DNA of 63,988 bases, the filler included, from Candidatus Huberarchaeum crystalense (GTDB lineage Archaea > Huberarchaeota > Huberarchaeia > Huberarchaeales > Huberarchaeaceae), in the NCBI GenBank assembly GCA_002790315.1. It is 5 parts of 5 records of this genome, joined end to end, with 100 filler letters (N's around TTAATTAATTAA, not from the genome) between each part and the next. Parts side by side here need not be neighbours in the genome. Positions count along the whole stretch, not along the records: positions 22,490 to 47,714 come from PFUW01000028.1; 4 more parts are not named here. One strand, written 5' to 3'. The translations under genes and the position numbers were made by a program. A model generated the notes under the pieces. It was not told where the DNA came from and did not search any database. It was given only the letters and a program-made list of their open reading frames with translations. Positions 29,469 to 39,969 of the stretch are shown here, one piece after another. The first letter of the stretch is position 1. Every line of letters starts with the position of its first letter.

Positions 29469-31148
29469 TCACTTAGAAAATGAAAGATCAAAAATTTCAT
29501 CAATATTTAATTCAAATCCTGCTACAGGAACCTTTATACCCCAATTTTCTAAGACTTTTTTGTTAAATTCTCCAATTATCCCTACTTCTTTATCTTTAAC
29601 AATAATCTTTCCTTGTTTTTCTGCATCAAAGGATAGATGCTCTGATAACAACACTTTATAATCAACACCCAGTAATCTCAACAAAGCATCTAAATTTTGC
29701 TTTGCTTGATTAAAATCAGCATTAGTGTTTGCAATTAAACAAGACGCTTTTCTAACATCTCTACACAAAACATCTTTGACATTTTCATCAGGAATCACAA
29801 CAAAACCAACTTCAAAAATTTTCTGTGGGTATTGGTGGTGTTGGTTGTTTTTAAGAACTTTGAAAAGCTCAGGAATAATCCAAGTCCTTAGAGAATTTAT
29901 TGTGTTTTCTGTTGCATTAGTAATAGAAACATGCGGTTCTTTTTCTATATTCATTTGTTTGTATTGGTTTTGCCTGCTTGTTGAAATATAAGTAACTGTC
30001 TCTTGAAATCCCAAACCCACAAATATTTCAGCAATTTTTTCTCCAAAATCTGACTTTGGAAGTGTTTTTCCAACTGTGCTAATGTTTGGAAATGTTGGTT
30101 TTATATTATCATATTTGTAGGCTCTTCCAACATCATCAATAACATCTATTTCATGCCAAAGGTCTGTCCTAAAAAAAGGCGCGAGAACAGTAATTTTATC
30201 TTCACTGCATTCTGCTTCAACAATATCATATAACATTCTTTTTAAAAGTTCTTTAACTTTGTCAGATGAAACATTTATTCCTAAAAGTTGGTTGATTTTT
30301 TTAACACTAACTTTTCGTTTAATTGGCGCAACATCAGGACAAATCACTATTTTGTCACTATACTTTATATCTAATGAATAAATCTCACCACCCATATCTG
30401 CGAATATGGCTGCAAATATGTTTGCAACTTGTTTCAATTGCACTAAATTAGGCCCCGTTGCTTCAAAAAATATATCTTTTGTGTGTTCGTCAATTTTTCC
30501 AACAAGATGTGAATTTATAATCGGCGGCATTGACATAATTGTTCCTGCTGAATCAACAAACAAAGGGTATTTTTCTTCTCCTTCTAAAATATGTGCATAT
30601 TTTCGTCCTGTTGGATGTTGAGACAAAATTTGGCGGCCAGTAATTTCGCGATCAAATTCAAGTGGCCGAAAAACAATTTCATCTAGTTTGCGCGCAGTAA
30701 ATATAACAGGAAATTTAATTTTTTCAAGAGGATAAATTCCTATTCCTCCTTTTTTGCGTTTTTTAAGCAGGAGATCTCCTATTTTTTCTTGAATCTGAAT
30801 TATTTCTTTAATTTTTTCATCATCAAACTTCAAACCCCTGACTGCAAAAGCAACAACAGATGGCCATTTTTCTATTGGATTTTCTACTTTGACAAATGAA
30901 GGGTGTTTTACAACTTTGTATTTTGGAAGACCTGTTTCTATTTCAATATAAGCGCGAAAGGCGCGCCCCAAACCTTGAACAGACAACATATCATATCTAT
31001 CAGGAGTTAGTTCTACTTTTACATTTTCTCCATCAAAGCCCTTTACATCTATTCCAAAATCAAATAAAATATCTTCAAGTTCTTTATAGCTAATTTTTTT
31101 TCCAAGTGTCTTACTGATTTCTGTTAAAGATGTGTCTAATATTCCCAT
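29469..31148 (-). CDS. pheT: Phenylalanyl-tRNA synthetase beta subunit
   Basis: TPDRYDMLS, SMPPIINS, RTDLWHEIDVIDDVGRAY, YPQKIFEVG. Confidence 0.95.
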   Translation of the reverse strand: MGILDTSLTEISKTLGKKISYKELEDILFDFGIDVKGFDGENVKVELTPDRYDMLSVQGLGRAFRAYIEIETGLPKYKVVKHPSFVKVENPIEKWPSVVAFAVRGLKFDDEKIKEIIQIQEKIGDLLLKKRKKGGIGIYPLEKIKFPVIFTARKLDEIVFRPLEFDREITGRQILSQHPTGRKYAHILEGEEKYPLFVDSAGTIMSMPPIINSHLVGKIDEHTKDIFFEATGPNLVQLKQVANIFAAIFADMGGEIYSLDIKYSDKIVICPDVAPIKRKVSVKKINQLLGINVSSDKVKELLKRMLYDIVEAECSEDKITVLAPFFRTDLWHEIDVIDDVGRAYKYDNIKPTFPNISTVGKTLPKSDFGEKIAEIFVGLGFQETVTYISTSRQNQYKQMNIEKEPHVSITNATENTINSLRTWIIPELFKVLKNNQHHQYPQKIFEVGFVVIPDENVKDVLCRDVRKASCLIANTNADFNQAKQNLDALLRLLGVDYKVLLSEHLSFDAEKQGKIIVKDKEVGIIGEFNKKVLENWGIKVPVAGFELNIDEIFDLSFSK

Positions 31149-31191
31149 TTAAAACTTCTCCAATTGTTTTGTAATGCAATTAAACAAAATA

Positions 31192-32712
31192 TTAATTCTC
31201 ATCACTCAATTCTCCTTCGATTAATTTTCTTTTGCGAAGCCAATCCAAATTACAAAAAGGGCCCAAAGTATCTCTCATATCTTTTGTTTTTGTCAGCAAC
31301 ATTACAAGACGATTAAAACCCATACCCCAAGCAATTACTGGTTTTGTTATTCCATAAGGTGCTAATGCCTCTGGTCTAAATATCCCTGAATTAATTAAAG
31401 CATCCCATTTCTTTAACTTTTCATCATAATAATATGCTTGCATCGATGGTTCGGTATAAGGATTATAGACTGGCTTAAATTTAATTTTTGTAACACCTAA
31501 TTTTGCATAGAACTCTTTGATAAATCCCTTTAAATGGGATAATGTAAGTTTGTCAGCCATAACAAAACCCTCTACCTGGGCAAATTCTGAAAGATGAGTC
31601 GCATCTATTGCCTCATTTCTAAAAATGCGCGCAATATAAAAATATTTACACTTTTCAACATCTTTTAATTTATCAAAATAAAATTTTCTAAATGTTGTTG
31701 CTGTTGAGTGTGTGCGTAAAATCAAATCAGATGCAATGTCTTTGCTCCAAGGTATTTGATAACCAGTTGAACCAGTATTTCCTCCATTTTCTTGAACTTC
31801 TTGAATTTCCTGAACTAACTTTTTGTCAGGTAACCCTCCTTTTTTTCCAACAAAATATGTATCTTGAACATCGCGCGCAGGATGGTCTTGTGGAATAAAC
31901 ATTGAGTCCATGCACCAAAAGGCTGTCTCAACCATTGGACCTTCCATCTCTTGAAAACCCATTTCAAGAAAAATTTTTGTAACTATTTTAGCAACCTCAT
32001 TATAAGGATGTCTTCTGCCAGGATAAATTAATGTAACTGGCGCTGAAACATCAAATTGTATTTCACTTTTTATTTTACTAATATTTATTTCTTTTCCTTT
32101 TTTTGTTAGGCAAATTTTTTTAATTTTTGCAAGAACAAGAATACCTCTCTGAAGTAAAATTGTTTGCGAATCATCTGTTGATTCTACAGAATATATAAAT
32201 AATTCACTGTCTTTTTTTATTTCTTCTGAGCGCGTTATTGGAAAAATAGAATATAAATAGTTTTGAGTTGGTATAAGAAGTTTATCTTTTTTCAGCAAAA
32301 CAATCATTCCACTGCCAACTTGGATAAACCCTTTTTGTTTAAGATAGCCAAGAGCAACACTAAATTCTACATGAGTAAGATTTATTTTTTCTTTAACTTC
32401 TTTAAGAGGAATGCCTATAATAGATGTTTTATTGTTTTGCTGAATTATCTCAACTATTTTTATTATCTTATCATACAACTGCTGTTCAGGTAGGTATTTT
32501 TGCTTGTATTGTTCTCCTTTTTCACCGATGATTATTTCTTTACTCTCAATTTCTTCTACTAACTCTTTTTTTATTAGTTTTAAAACTGCGCGGCTGACTG
32601 TTGGATTTAGCATTTTTGTTTTGTTAGCAATATCTTTTATTTCATAACTACCTATTACACTGTTTTGCAAAAAGTCCAAAACTTGTTTTTCTTGTGATGT
32701 TAATGAGAGCAT
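31192..32712 (-). CDS. pheS: Phenylalanyl-tRNA synthetase alpha subunit
   Basis: GRRHP, PQDHPARDVQDT, LRTHST, FRNEAIDATHLSEF, PYTEPS, AWGMG. Confidence 0.96.
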   Translation of the reverse strand: MLSLTSQEKQVLDFLQNSVIGSYEIKDIANKTKMLNPTVSRAVLKLIKKELVEEIESKEIIIGEKGEQYKQKYLPEQQLYDKIIKIVEIIQQNNKTSIIGIPLKEVKEKINLTHVEFSVALGYLKQKGFIQVGSGMIVLLKKDKLLIPTQNYLYSIFPITRSEEIKKDSELFIYSVESTDDSQTILLQRGILVLAKIKKICLTKKGKEINISKIKSEIQFDVSAPVTLIYPGRRHPYNEVAKIVTKIFLEMGFQEMEGPMVETAFWCMDSMFIPQDHPARDVQDTYFVGKKGGLPDKKLVQEIQEVQENGGNTGSTGYQIPWSKDIASDLILRTHSTATTFRKFYFDKLKDVEKCKYFYIARIFRNEAIDATHLSEFAQVEGFVMADKLTLSHLKGFIKEFYAKLGVTKIKFKPVYNPYTEPSMQAYYYDEKLKKWDALINSGIFRPEALAPYGITKPVIAWGMGFNRLVMLLTKTKDMRDTLGPFCNLDWLRKRKLIEGELSDEN

Positions 32713-32844
32713 ATATTATTTGCTATCATTTATTGCTGTTTTGTGTTTAAATAAGAGCACGTATTTATTTATTGCTGTTTATATAAAATTAGTGCAAAAA
32801 CAAGCAATTCAAAAGTTATAGTAATGATTGAATTGCATGCTAAC

Positions 32845-32948
32845 TATTTTAATTAGTTGTGATATTTATAAATGTATATTAATTATTTTAATTAGTTGTG
32901 ATATTTATAAATGTATATTAATTATTTTAATTAGTTGTGATATTTACA
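32845..32948. repeat. 39-bp tandem repeat, cut by N gap
   Basis: TATTTTAATTAGTTGTGATATTTATAAATGTATATTAAT x~2.5. Confidence 0.9.
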
Positions 32949-32975
32949 NNNNNNNCGTTTTTGATTAAAAATAAG

Positions 32976-33218
32976 ATGTATCTTAAAAAAAGCACTTTTA
33001 AACACATACTTTATGCAATTATGAGCTTTTTTGGTTCATTTATATTGATTGCGCACAGCATTATTCTTGACTTTGATCTTAATGCATTCAGCAGAATTAC
33101 TTGGCAAGGTGTTATTCTTTCAACAATTGCGATTTATATAATTATGTATATATATGAACTAGTTCATGAATATGATGATTCTAAATGTTTTGATAAATCA
33201 AAAATTAAAGCAACCTAA
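32976..33218 (+). CDS. Small 2-TM membrane protein
   Basis: MYLKKSTFKHILYAIM..., two hydrophobic helices. Confidence 0.6.
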   Translation: MYLKKSTFKHILYAIMSFFGSFILIAHSIILDFDLNAFSRITWQGVILSTIAIYIIMYIYELVHEYDDSKCFDKSKIKAT

Positions 33219-33298
33219 ATATAAAACCCGCACAATTAAGTCCAACACAATGTAATTTTTTAGAGAATTTTTAAAAACACCAAACATTTAAATATATT

Positions 33299-34396
33299 AT
33301 GGCAGCAAAAACATCGCAAAAAAAGAAAAAATTTGAGGTTGACAAAAACCAAATAAAACTATTAAAAAAGTTAACTGAAACACCTGGGCCATCAGGAGGA
33401 GAAGAAAAAATCTCAGCAATTATCCAAAATGAGATTAAGCCTTATATAAATAAAATGAAGATTGATCTTATGGGTAATATTATTGCTGAAAAAAAAGGAA
33501 ACACAAAAGGACCAAAAATTATGCTTGTTGCACATATGGATGAAATAGGATTAGTTGTAAAATATATTGATGATGCGGGTTTTATTAGATTTGTAAAAAT
33601 TGGTGGGATTGACGATCGTGGTTTGCTAAATGAAAAGGTTGCGATTCATACAAAAAACAAATCTTTTCGAGGAATTATTGGTTCAAAAGCAGTACATTTG
33701 CAAAAATCTGAAGAAACAAAAAAAGTAATTAATTATGAAGATTTGTATATTGATATTGGCGCAAAAGACAAAAAAGATGTAGAAAAAATAGGTGTGCAAA
33801 ACGGCGACTATATTTCCTTTTTATCTGAATTAGAACTTCTTCCAAATAATTTTGTGTGTGGAAAAAGTTTAGATAATAATATAGGTGTGTTGGTTTTGAT
33901 TGAGGTTTTGAAAAAAATTAAGAACTTTCCAGGTACAATTTACGCTGTTTTTTCAACGCAAGAAGAGGTTGGATTAAAGGGCGCGCGCACAGCAGCCTAT
34001 ACAATTCAGCCAGATTTTGCTTTGGCAATTGATACAACAATCGCAGGAGATACGCCAGGAATTGACCCAAAAGAAAGCAATGTTAAACTAGGGAAAGGAC
34101 CTGCCATTACTTTTGTCGAAGCATCAGGAATAGGAGCAATCGTGCCAAAAAAAGTGCGCGATTTGCTAACACAAACAGCAAAAAAAGAAAAAATCCCTTA
34201 TCAAATAGAAATATTGTCTGGAGGAATGACTGATATTGCCATAATTCAACTTGTTAGGAGCGGAACCCTTTCAGGCGGCATAGGAATTCCAACCCGTAAC
34301 CTTCACACACCTGTTGAAATATCATCTTTAGAAGATGTTGATCTGACAATCAAATTTGTTGAAAAAATTGTTCAAAATCTGCCAAAATATTTATAA
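33299..34396 (+). CDS. M42 family aminopeptidase (TET/FrvX-like)
   Basis: PGPSGGE, AHMDEIG, KSLDN, QEEVGLKGA, AIDT, HTPVE. Confidence 0.95.
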   Translation: MAAKTSQKKKKFEVDKNQIKLLKKLTETPGPSGGEEKISAIIQNEIKPYINKMKIDLMGNIIAEKKGNTKGPKIMLVAHMDEIGLVVKYIDDAGFIRFVKIGGIDDRGLLNEKVAIHTKNKSFRGIIGSKAVHLQKSEETKKVINYEDLYIDIGAKDKKDVEKIGVQNGDYISFLSELELLPNNFVCGKSLDNNIGVLVLIEVLKKIKNFPGTIYAVFSTQEEVGLKGARTAAYTIQPDFALAIDTTIAGDTPGIDPKESNVKLGKGPAITFVEASGIGAIVPKKVRDLLTQTAKKEKIPYQIEILSGGMTDIAIIQLVRSGTLSGGIGIPTRNLHTPVEISSLEDVDLTIKFVEKIVQNLPKYL

Positions 34397-34684
34397 GTTT
34401 CGCTCTTTTTTTAGATAAAATACATAACTTATATTGAGTTATGTATAACTTTATTATTTGTTTTCAAACAAGAAAAATACTACTACTCAAAGCCCACCAA
34501 AAGCGAAAAACAAAATTAAATCCAAAACACTAACCAAAATAAAAAATAAATATTAATTATAATTTAAAGGATGCATATTTTACTTTATTATATTCAAAGT
34601 TTTTAATCAAAACAAATAACATACAATCTAATTTTTATTAACTAAAACACAAAATTTTTAATCAAAACNNNNNNNNAACACAAG

Positions 34685-35545
34685 TTAACATATAGCACCA
34701 GCAAAATAACCTACAACATTGCTTTTATCGTTTGTAACATCTGCTGAAGTTGTGTAAAAAAGCGACATGGGTTTTCTGTCACAGCTCGCAAGCAAACAGC
34801 AAATAGGGATATATCCACATGCAGAAATATGGTTTTCTTCAACAACTTTTTTCAAGTTTTTCCAATCACCTTTGAGGAAGGAATTTATTAAAAGTTTATC
34901 TTTATTTTCTGCTTCATCCTGAGAAACATAATGCGACATATCGCTTGACGCCACAACAATAAGCAGATGGTCTTTTGGCAAACTTGCTGATGCAGACTTA
35001 ATTTTTTCAGATATTTCTTCAATCACGCGCGGGTCTGTTGTTCCCAAAATAATTGGCACAATATTATATTCTATTTTTTTGCTGTTTTTTTCCAAAAGCA
35101 TATGAATATACTGAATAAATGGCAACTGGACTTCAACAGCATGCTCGTTTGCAAATGCCACAATATCTTCTTGCAAATAGCGGCTGGTTTTTAAAAAACT
35201 TTGCACAATTTCAGAACATATATTGACTTCTCCAAAAGGCAATTGCCAAACAGCGTTATTTGAAATTGCATTTGCTTTCCCTAAACCAGTGTGATTTGGA
35301 GCAAGAATAATATAATTTATTTTGCTTGCTGTTGTTGTTTCCAAAAACTGATAGAGTGTTTTATAAGCATATGCTGCTGTTTTTCCTGAGTAAACATAAC
35401 CTGCATGAGGAACAACAATTCCCTGAATTTGATTTACTGTTGGAAGGTCTTTTATTTTGCTAAAAAAAGATGATAGCATTAATTCAAGTTTATCTTTATC
35501 TTCAGGATAAAATTTTCCTTTGGCAACAAGCGGTTGTATGTACAT
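34685..35545 (-). CDS. AmmeMemoRadiSam protein B (MEMO1 family)
   Basis: GKFYP, VPHAGYVYSG, PNHTG, EHAVEVQLPF, ASSDMSHY, ACG, VVGY. Confidence 0.93.
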   Translation of the reverse strand: MYIQPLVAKGKFYPEDKDKLELMLSSFFSKIKDLPTVNQIQGIVVPHAGYVYSGKTAAYAYKTLYQFLETTTASKINYIILAPNHTGLGKANAISNNAVWQLPFGEVNICSEIVQSFLKTSRYLQEDIVAFANEHAVEVQLPFIQYIHMLLEKNSKKIEYNIVPIILGTTDPRVIEEISEKIKSASASLPKDHLLIVVASSDMSHYVSQDEAENKDKLLINSFLKGDWKNLKKVVEENHISACGYIPICCLLASCDRKPMSLFYTTSADVTNDKSNVVGYFAGAIC

Positions 35546-35546
35546 T

Positions 35547-36275
35547 TTACTCCCAACCGCACGAATTTTTCAAATTTTTGAGTTTAGAATTGAGTGCATT
35601 GATCTCTTTTTCAAGTGATGAAATGCTTGCAACATCGCATAATGATGTATCTATATGTTCTGATGGAATTGTTGTTTGTGATTTTGTAAAGGGTTGTTGT
35701 TTTTGTTCTGCTGTTTGAAACATTGGTGCTAGAATTTGGGGTGAGATTAGCTCTTTTTTTTGTTGCTCTTGTGGTTTTGGCTGGTGAGGAATAGTATTAT
35801 TTTGTTCTTTTTTAACTTCAGCTGCTTGGGTTGCCACTTGCATAGCAATACTCAAAACAGTGGAAAGCTCGTCAAACACACTTTTAAGAAAAGGGTCAGG
35901 ATTTTCTTGAGAATATCCTTGTATAGATGCAGTGTCTTTTTCAGGAGAACCGTAGCGAGGAATAAGCTGGAAAAAAAGATGTTGAACTTGCGCGCCCGAG
36001 CCAGGCCCTTCATTAGACAACACCATAAACCCATTGCAATTAGCATATGTTGCCTTAATTGCACTCATAACTTTTGCAATAGCAACAAACAATCCCTGAA
36101 ACTCGCCCCCATTAAGTTCGTACAAATATGTTATATGGCGTTTAGCAATCACATTCATAGTTCCTTTTGTTCGAGGATATTTGTCTAAAAAGGCAATGAC
36201 AAATTGGTCTTCATACACTTTAAATGCAGGAACTTGTCCTGTAACGATCTGGCAAAAAATACATTGTGGGTCCAT
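35547..36275 (-). CDS. HIT-family protein with degenerate histidine triad and C-terminal extension
   Basis: CIFCQIV.G..PAFKVYED, AFLD, KRH; the triad region reads QHLFFQLIPR. Confidence 0.85.
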   Translation of the reverse strand: MDPQCIFCQIVTGQVPAFKVYEDQFVIAFLDKYPRTKGTMNVIAKRHITYLYELNGGEFQGLFVAIAKVMSAIKATYANCNGFMVLSNEGPGSGAQVQHLFFQLIPRYGSPEKDTASIQGYSQENPDPFLKSVFDELSTVLSIAMQVATQAAEVKKEQNNTIPHQPKPQEQQKKELISPQILAPMFQTAEQKQQPFTKSQTTIPSEHIDTSLCDVASISSLEKEINALNSKLKNLKNSCGWE

Positions 36276-36437
36276 ATTTTTTATTGTTAAGAGCGCAAAA
36301 TTTCAAAGTTTAAATAAAGTGCTCACTTTTGTTAGTAAGATTTACTATATATTTTAAACAGATTAAATACTTGGGATTTTAAATAGTATATACATTTTAT
36401 AATACACCATATACAAAACACATCTTAGTCATCTAAA

Positions 36438-37112
36438 TTAGATATTTGGGATTTTATAATACACCATATACAAAACACTGAAAACCAGAGCAAAGAAAAC
36501 AAATATTGCAAGCTCTTTTTGAAGCAATTTACTCAACAACACAAAAAACCACAAAAAGTAAAGCAACAAGAGCCATAAATAAGGTGTTTTAACTGCTTTT
36601 ATTTTTACATATGCAAAAGAAACCAAAGGAGCAATTTGCCAAAAAGCAAAAATCGCGCCACCAAAAAACACATAAGAAATAAAGGAATTTTGTGGAAGGA
36701 ACAGCAAAATTACAAGAAACAGCAAATAAATTTCACTTCCAAGGAGATAAATATATCCTTCTTTTTGCTGACCATAGTTTGGGGTTATATATTTTTTCGT
36801 ATAATTGTCATTAAGACGCTCTCTGCTTACAATAGCAATAGGTAGGTGAAGCAGAGCCCCAGCAACAAAAGAAACGAGCGCAGGTTTCCAAAGAAATTCA
36901 TGCTCGTGGATATAATCATATTTTGTGGCAAGATACCTAAAAACAAAGTAATATATACTAACTATAATAATAGCAACCAGTGCGCTAAAAACAAGCCATT
37001 CTATATTAAATTTTGATGTAAGTGAAAAAATTCCTCCCCAAAAAAGAAACGCAAAAATCATTGAGAGCAAAAGAGATGATAAGATTGTTTTGGAGTATTT
37101 ATTCTGAACCAT
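36438..37112 (-). CDS. Multi-TM hypothetical membrane protein
   Basis: ~6-7 hydrophobic segments; overlaps the eS1 stop region. Confidence 0.7.
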   Translation of the reverse strand: MVQNKYSKTILSSLLLSMIFAFLFWGGIFSLTSKFNIEWLVFSALVAIIIVSIYYFVFRYLATKYDYIHEHEFLWKPALVSFVAGALLHLPIAIVSRERLNDNYTKKYITPNYGQQKEGYIYLLGSEIYLLFLVILLFLPQNSFISYVFFGGAIFAFWQIAPLVSFAYVKIKAVKTPYLWLLLLYFLWFFVLLSKLLQKELAIFVFFALVFSVLYMVYYKIPNI

Positions 37113-37662
37113 ATATTTNNNNNNNNAAAGGATAGAGTTTGTGGCTAACTTTTTTCATTTCATATGGGAGGTCTTTATTAAGAATTGATTTGACAGCATC
37201 AGTGTAAGTTAGTTCGCTGATCTTTTTAGTTAAAAAATCACGGAGCGCGCTCCGAATCAAAGTCTCTTTTGTTTTTGTTGTTTTTTTAATTGTTGCTGCG
37301 CTATAACTTAATTTTACAAGTATACCTTCTTTTGTTTTATAAACTTGATTATCCTCAATTAAGTTTGTTTTTGATAAAATTATGTTTTGTTTTTGTGAAG
37401 CCAATATTTGAATGCCTTCTAACTCTGTTAATATTGTTTTTTCTTCTATTTTGCTAATTTTAAATGTTCCGTCATATTTGTAGTATTTTGGTTGATTCAT
37501 CACTAATCCAATATTATATTGTATTTTTTTTCCAATCGCGTTTTGCAACCCAGACAAGTATATTTCTCCAATCACGGTGTTTCCACAAATGTCTTGCGGT
37601 GCTCTTACTTCTTCCCATCGCTTTTTTATTATTTTTTTTGCTTGTTGTTTTTTAGATGCCAT
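37099..37662 (-). CDS. rps3ae: 30S ribosomal protein eS1 (S3Ae); C-terminus crosses N gap
   Basis: KKRWEEVRAP, IGE, KTKEG, KKVSHKLYP. Confidence 0.82.
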   Translation of the reverse strand: MASKKQQAKKIIKKRWEEVRAPQDICGNTVIGEIYLSGLQNAIGKKIQYNIGLVMNQPKYYKYDGTFKISKIEEKTILTELEGIQILASQKQNIILSKTNLIEDNQVYKTKEGILVKLSYSAATIKKTTKTKETLIRSALRDFLTKKISELTYTDAVKSILNKDLPYEMKKVSHKLYPXXXXIYGSE

Positions 37663-37691
37663 AATGTTTTTGTAATATTGCTAAAAATTAT

Positions 37692-39092
37692 ATGAATATT
37701 AAGAAAATTGTAGAAAAAGTTAGTCCTAACACTCAAGAAAAAAAGCAAGTAAAAGAAGTTAAATTAAAAATTGAAAGAGCATTGTGTAAAATTGTTAAAA
37801 AATATACATTAATAGATAGATATGTTTTTGCTGGCTCGTTTGCCAAGAATACATGGATAGCAGGCCATAATGAGTTTGATGTTTTTTTGGTTTTTTCAAA
37901 AAAAGCAAATATTATTCAACTTGAAAAACAAGGTTTAGATTGCGGAAAAAAGTTAGCAGTAGCACTTAAAGGAAAACAACACCTAGTTTATGCATCTCAT
38001 CCTTACTCACTTATAACTCTTCCAAACAGATTTTCTTTAGATTTAGTTCCTTGTTATGCTGTTAATAATAGTGAAAAAATTATTTCTGCTGTAGACCGCT
38101 CTCCCCTTCATGTTGATTTTGTCAAAAAAGCAATACATAAAAACCCACAAATAGTTGTTGAAATTCGGCTACTCAAGCAATTTTTGAAAAGATTTGATTT
38201 GTATGGCGCAGACGATGTTGTTCAAGGATTTTCAGGATATTTGGCAGAATTGTTGATAATTTATTATAAAACTTTTGAAAAAACAATCAAAAATTTTGCA
38301 AAGTGGCGAGGTAAAGAACATATATGTTTTGGTTCTAACAAGCAAAAAAAACAGATTGCACAAAAAAAGTACTTTGGTAGCGCGCCATTTGTTGTTATTG
38401 ATCCAACCGACGAAAACCGAAATGTAGCAGCTAATGTTTCTAAAGAGGTTTTTGATAAATTTGTATTGTACTCAAATTTATATTTAACTGCACCTAAAAA
38501 CCAAAAAGAAGCCTATTTTTTCAAGAAAATCCCCTATTTAAAAAATCTTAAAACAATTATTAAGCAACGCAAAACATCCTGGGTATTTTTAAAAATTGAT
38601 TTGTCAAAAGAAAGTTTGCAAATAAACATTGTTCCAAAAATTCGAAGATTGCTAAAAGGTATTGAGCGCACTTTAAATAGCTTTGAATTTACTTGTCTCA
38701 ATTCGTGGTTTTTTGTTGAGAAAAAACAAGCTGTTTTGGCGTTTGAGTTTCCTTCAACAACCCTTAGTTTTTTTGAACGCAAAATTGGCCCTCAACTTTA
38801 CAACCACCAGCATCTATTAGTATTTTTAAACCAACATAAAGATGCAATGAGATTTTATACTCAAGATAGTAGAATTTGTGCAGATGTTGCGCGCTCTCAC
38901 TCTGACGCATTGCTTTTAATTACTTTGCTTTTACAGCAAAAGAAAGTTGGAATGAACGCCTCTCTTGCAGAAGCAATTAATACTCGCAGATTTGGTTTTG
39001 TCAAATTTTCACAGTTAACCAAACATTGCAGAGAGAGTTTGGCAGATGTTTTGAGCGACAAGTTTGAAGATTTATATTTATTTCCAGACTAA
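37692..39092 (+). CDS. cca: Class I (archaeal) CCA-adding enzyme
   Basis: GSFAKNTW...EFDVF, YASHPY, DLVPC, SAVDRSPLH, LYGAD..QGFSGYLAELL, DPTDENRNVAA. Confidence 0.95.
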   Translation: MNIKKIVEKVSPNTQEKKQVKEVKLKIERALCKIVKKYTLIDRYVFAGSFAKNTWIAGHNEFDVFLVFSKKANIIQLEKQGLDCGKKLAVALKGKQHLVYASHPYSLITLPNRFSLDLVPCYAVNNSEKIISAVDRSPLHVDFVKKAIHKNPQIVVEIRLLKQFLKRFDLYGADDVVQGFSGYLAELLIIYYKTFEKTIKNFAKWRGKEHICFGSNKQKKQIAQKKYFGSAPFVVIDPTDENRNVAANVSKEVFDKFVLYSNLYLTAPKNQKEAYFFKKIPYLKNLKTIIKQRKTSWVFLKIDLSKESLQINIVPKIRRLLKGIERTLNSFEFTCLNSWFFVEKKQAVLAFEFPSTTLSFFERKIGPQLYNHQHLLVFLNQHKDAMRFYTQDSRICADVARSHSDALLLITLLLQQKKVGMNASLAEAINTRRFGFVKFSQLTKHCRESLADVLSDKFEDLYLFPD

Positions 39093-39163
39093 AAACACAA
39101 TCCNNNNNNNNNNNAGAGAAGTATTAACAAACTAAAAAATAAAAAACAAAAATTATAAAAAAT

Positions 39164-39967
39164 ATGACAATAGATATTAAAAAAAGACAAATAGTTTTGC
39201 CTGGCGACAAATTAGCTACAAAAGGGAGCGAATATATTCTTGGAAAAGGAGTGTATGATAAAGATGACACAATATTTTCTGCTGTGCTAGGATTAGCAGA
39301 GCCTGATGAAAGAAAAGTAAGCGTAATTCCTTTTACACAAGTATATCTCCCGCAAAAATACCAGCAAATTATTGGAAAGATTGTTGGAACAAATCAAAAT
39401 GGTTGGTGGGTAAATATTGGAACTCCTACTAATGCTTTTTTACATTATACTGAAGGTGGAATGTTTTTAAGAGATGAAGACAGATCAAATCTCGAAAGAT
39501 TTTATGCAATAGATAGTTATGTTTGCGTTAAGATAAAAGAGATAAATTACCCTCACGTTGATTTAACAATGAGGGGGTTGTTTTTCAAAGAGATTGTTGC
39601 AGGAAAAATCTTAAGCATTAATCCATCAAAAGTTCCGCGCGTCTTAGGGAAGCACAACTCTATGATCTCTGCATTGCAGGCATATTCAAAAGCAAAAATA
39701 ATTGTAGGATATAATGGTTATATTTATATTAGAGGCACGCCAACAGCAGAAGACAACATAATTCAGATTTTAGATTTTATTGAAAAAAATGCGCACAAAG
39801 ATGGTATAACTAATATTGTTGAAGAAAAATTGAAATCTATTTTTGGAGAAATTAGTGGAAGTACAAATAGTGATTTTTCAAATGGTGAATATGAACAAGA
39901 TGAACAAGAAAATAATTCAGAAGTAAAAGAAAAAACAACAATAATAAGAAGAAGGGGGGAAAGATAA
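39164..39967 (+). CDS. rrp4: Exosome RNA-binding subunit Rrp4
   Basis: IVLPGD, S1 domain, KVPRVLGK..SMI, IIVGYNGYIYI (KH). Confidence 0.92.
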   Translation: MTIDIKKRQIVLPGDKLATKGSEYILGKGVYDKDDTIFSAVLGLAEPDERKVSVIPFTQVYLPQKYQQIIGKIVGTNQNGWWVNIGTPTNAFLHYTEGGMFLRDEDRSNLERFYAIDSYVCVKIKEINYPHVDLTMRGLFFKEIVAGKILSINPSKVPRVLGKHNSMISALQAYSKAKIIVGYNGYIYIRGTPTAEDNIIQILDFIEKNAHKDGITNIVEEKLKSIFGEISGSTNSDFSNGEYEQDEQENNSEVKEKTTIIRRRGER

Positions 39968-39969
39968 TA

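Noticed and set aside
27208-36508. Repeat pair as DGR template/variable regions
   Set aside because: The mismatches are few and not adenine-specific, and there is no reverse transcriptase in the window.
37830-37890. ExD instead of DxD in the CCA-adding enzyme
   Set aside because: ExD occurs in characterised class I archaeal CCA enzymes, so it is not anomalous.
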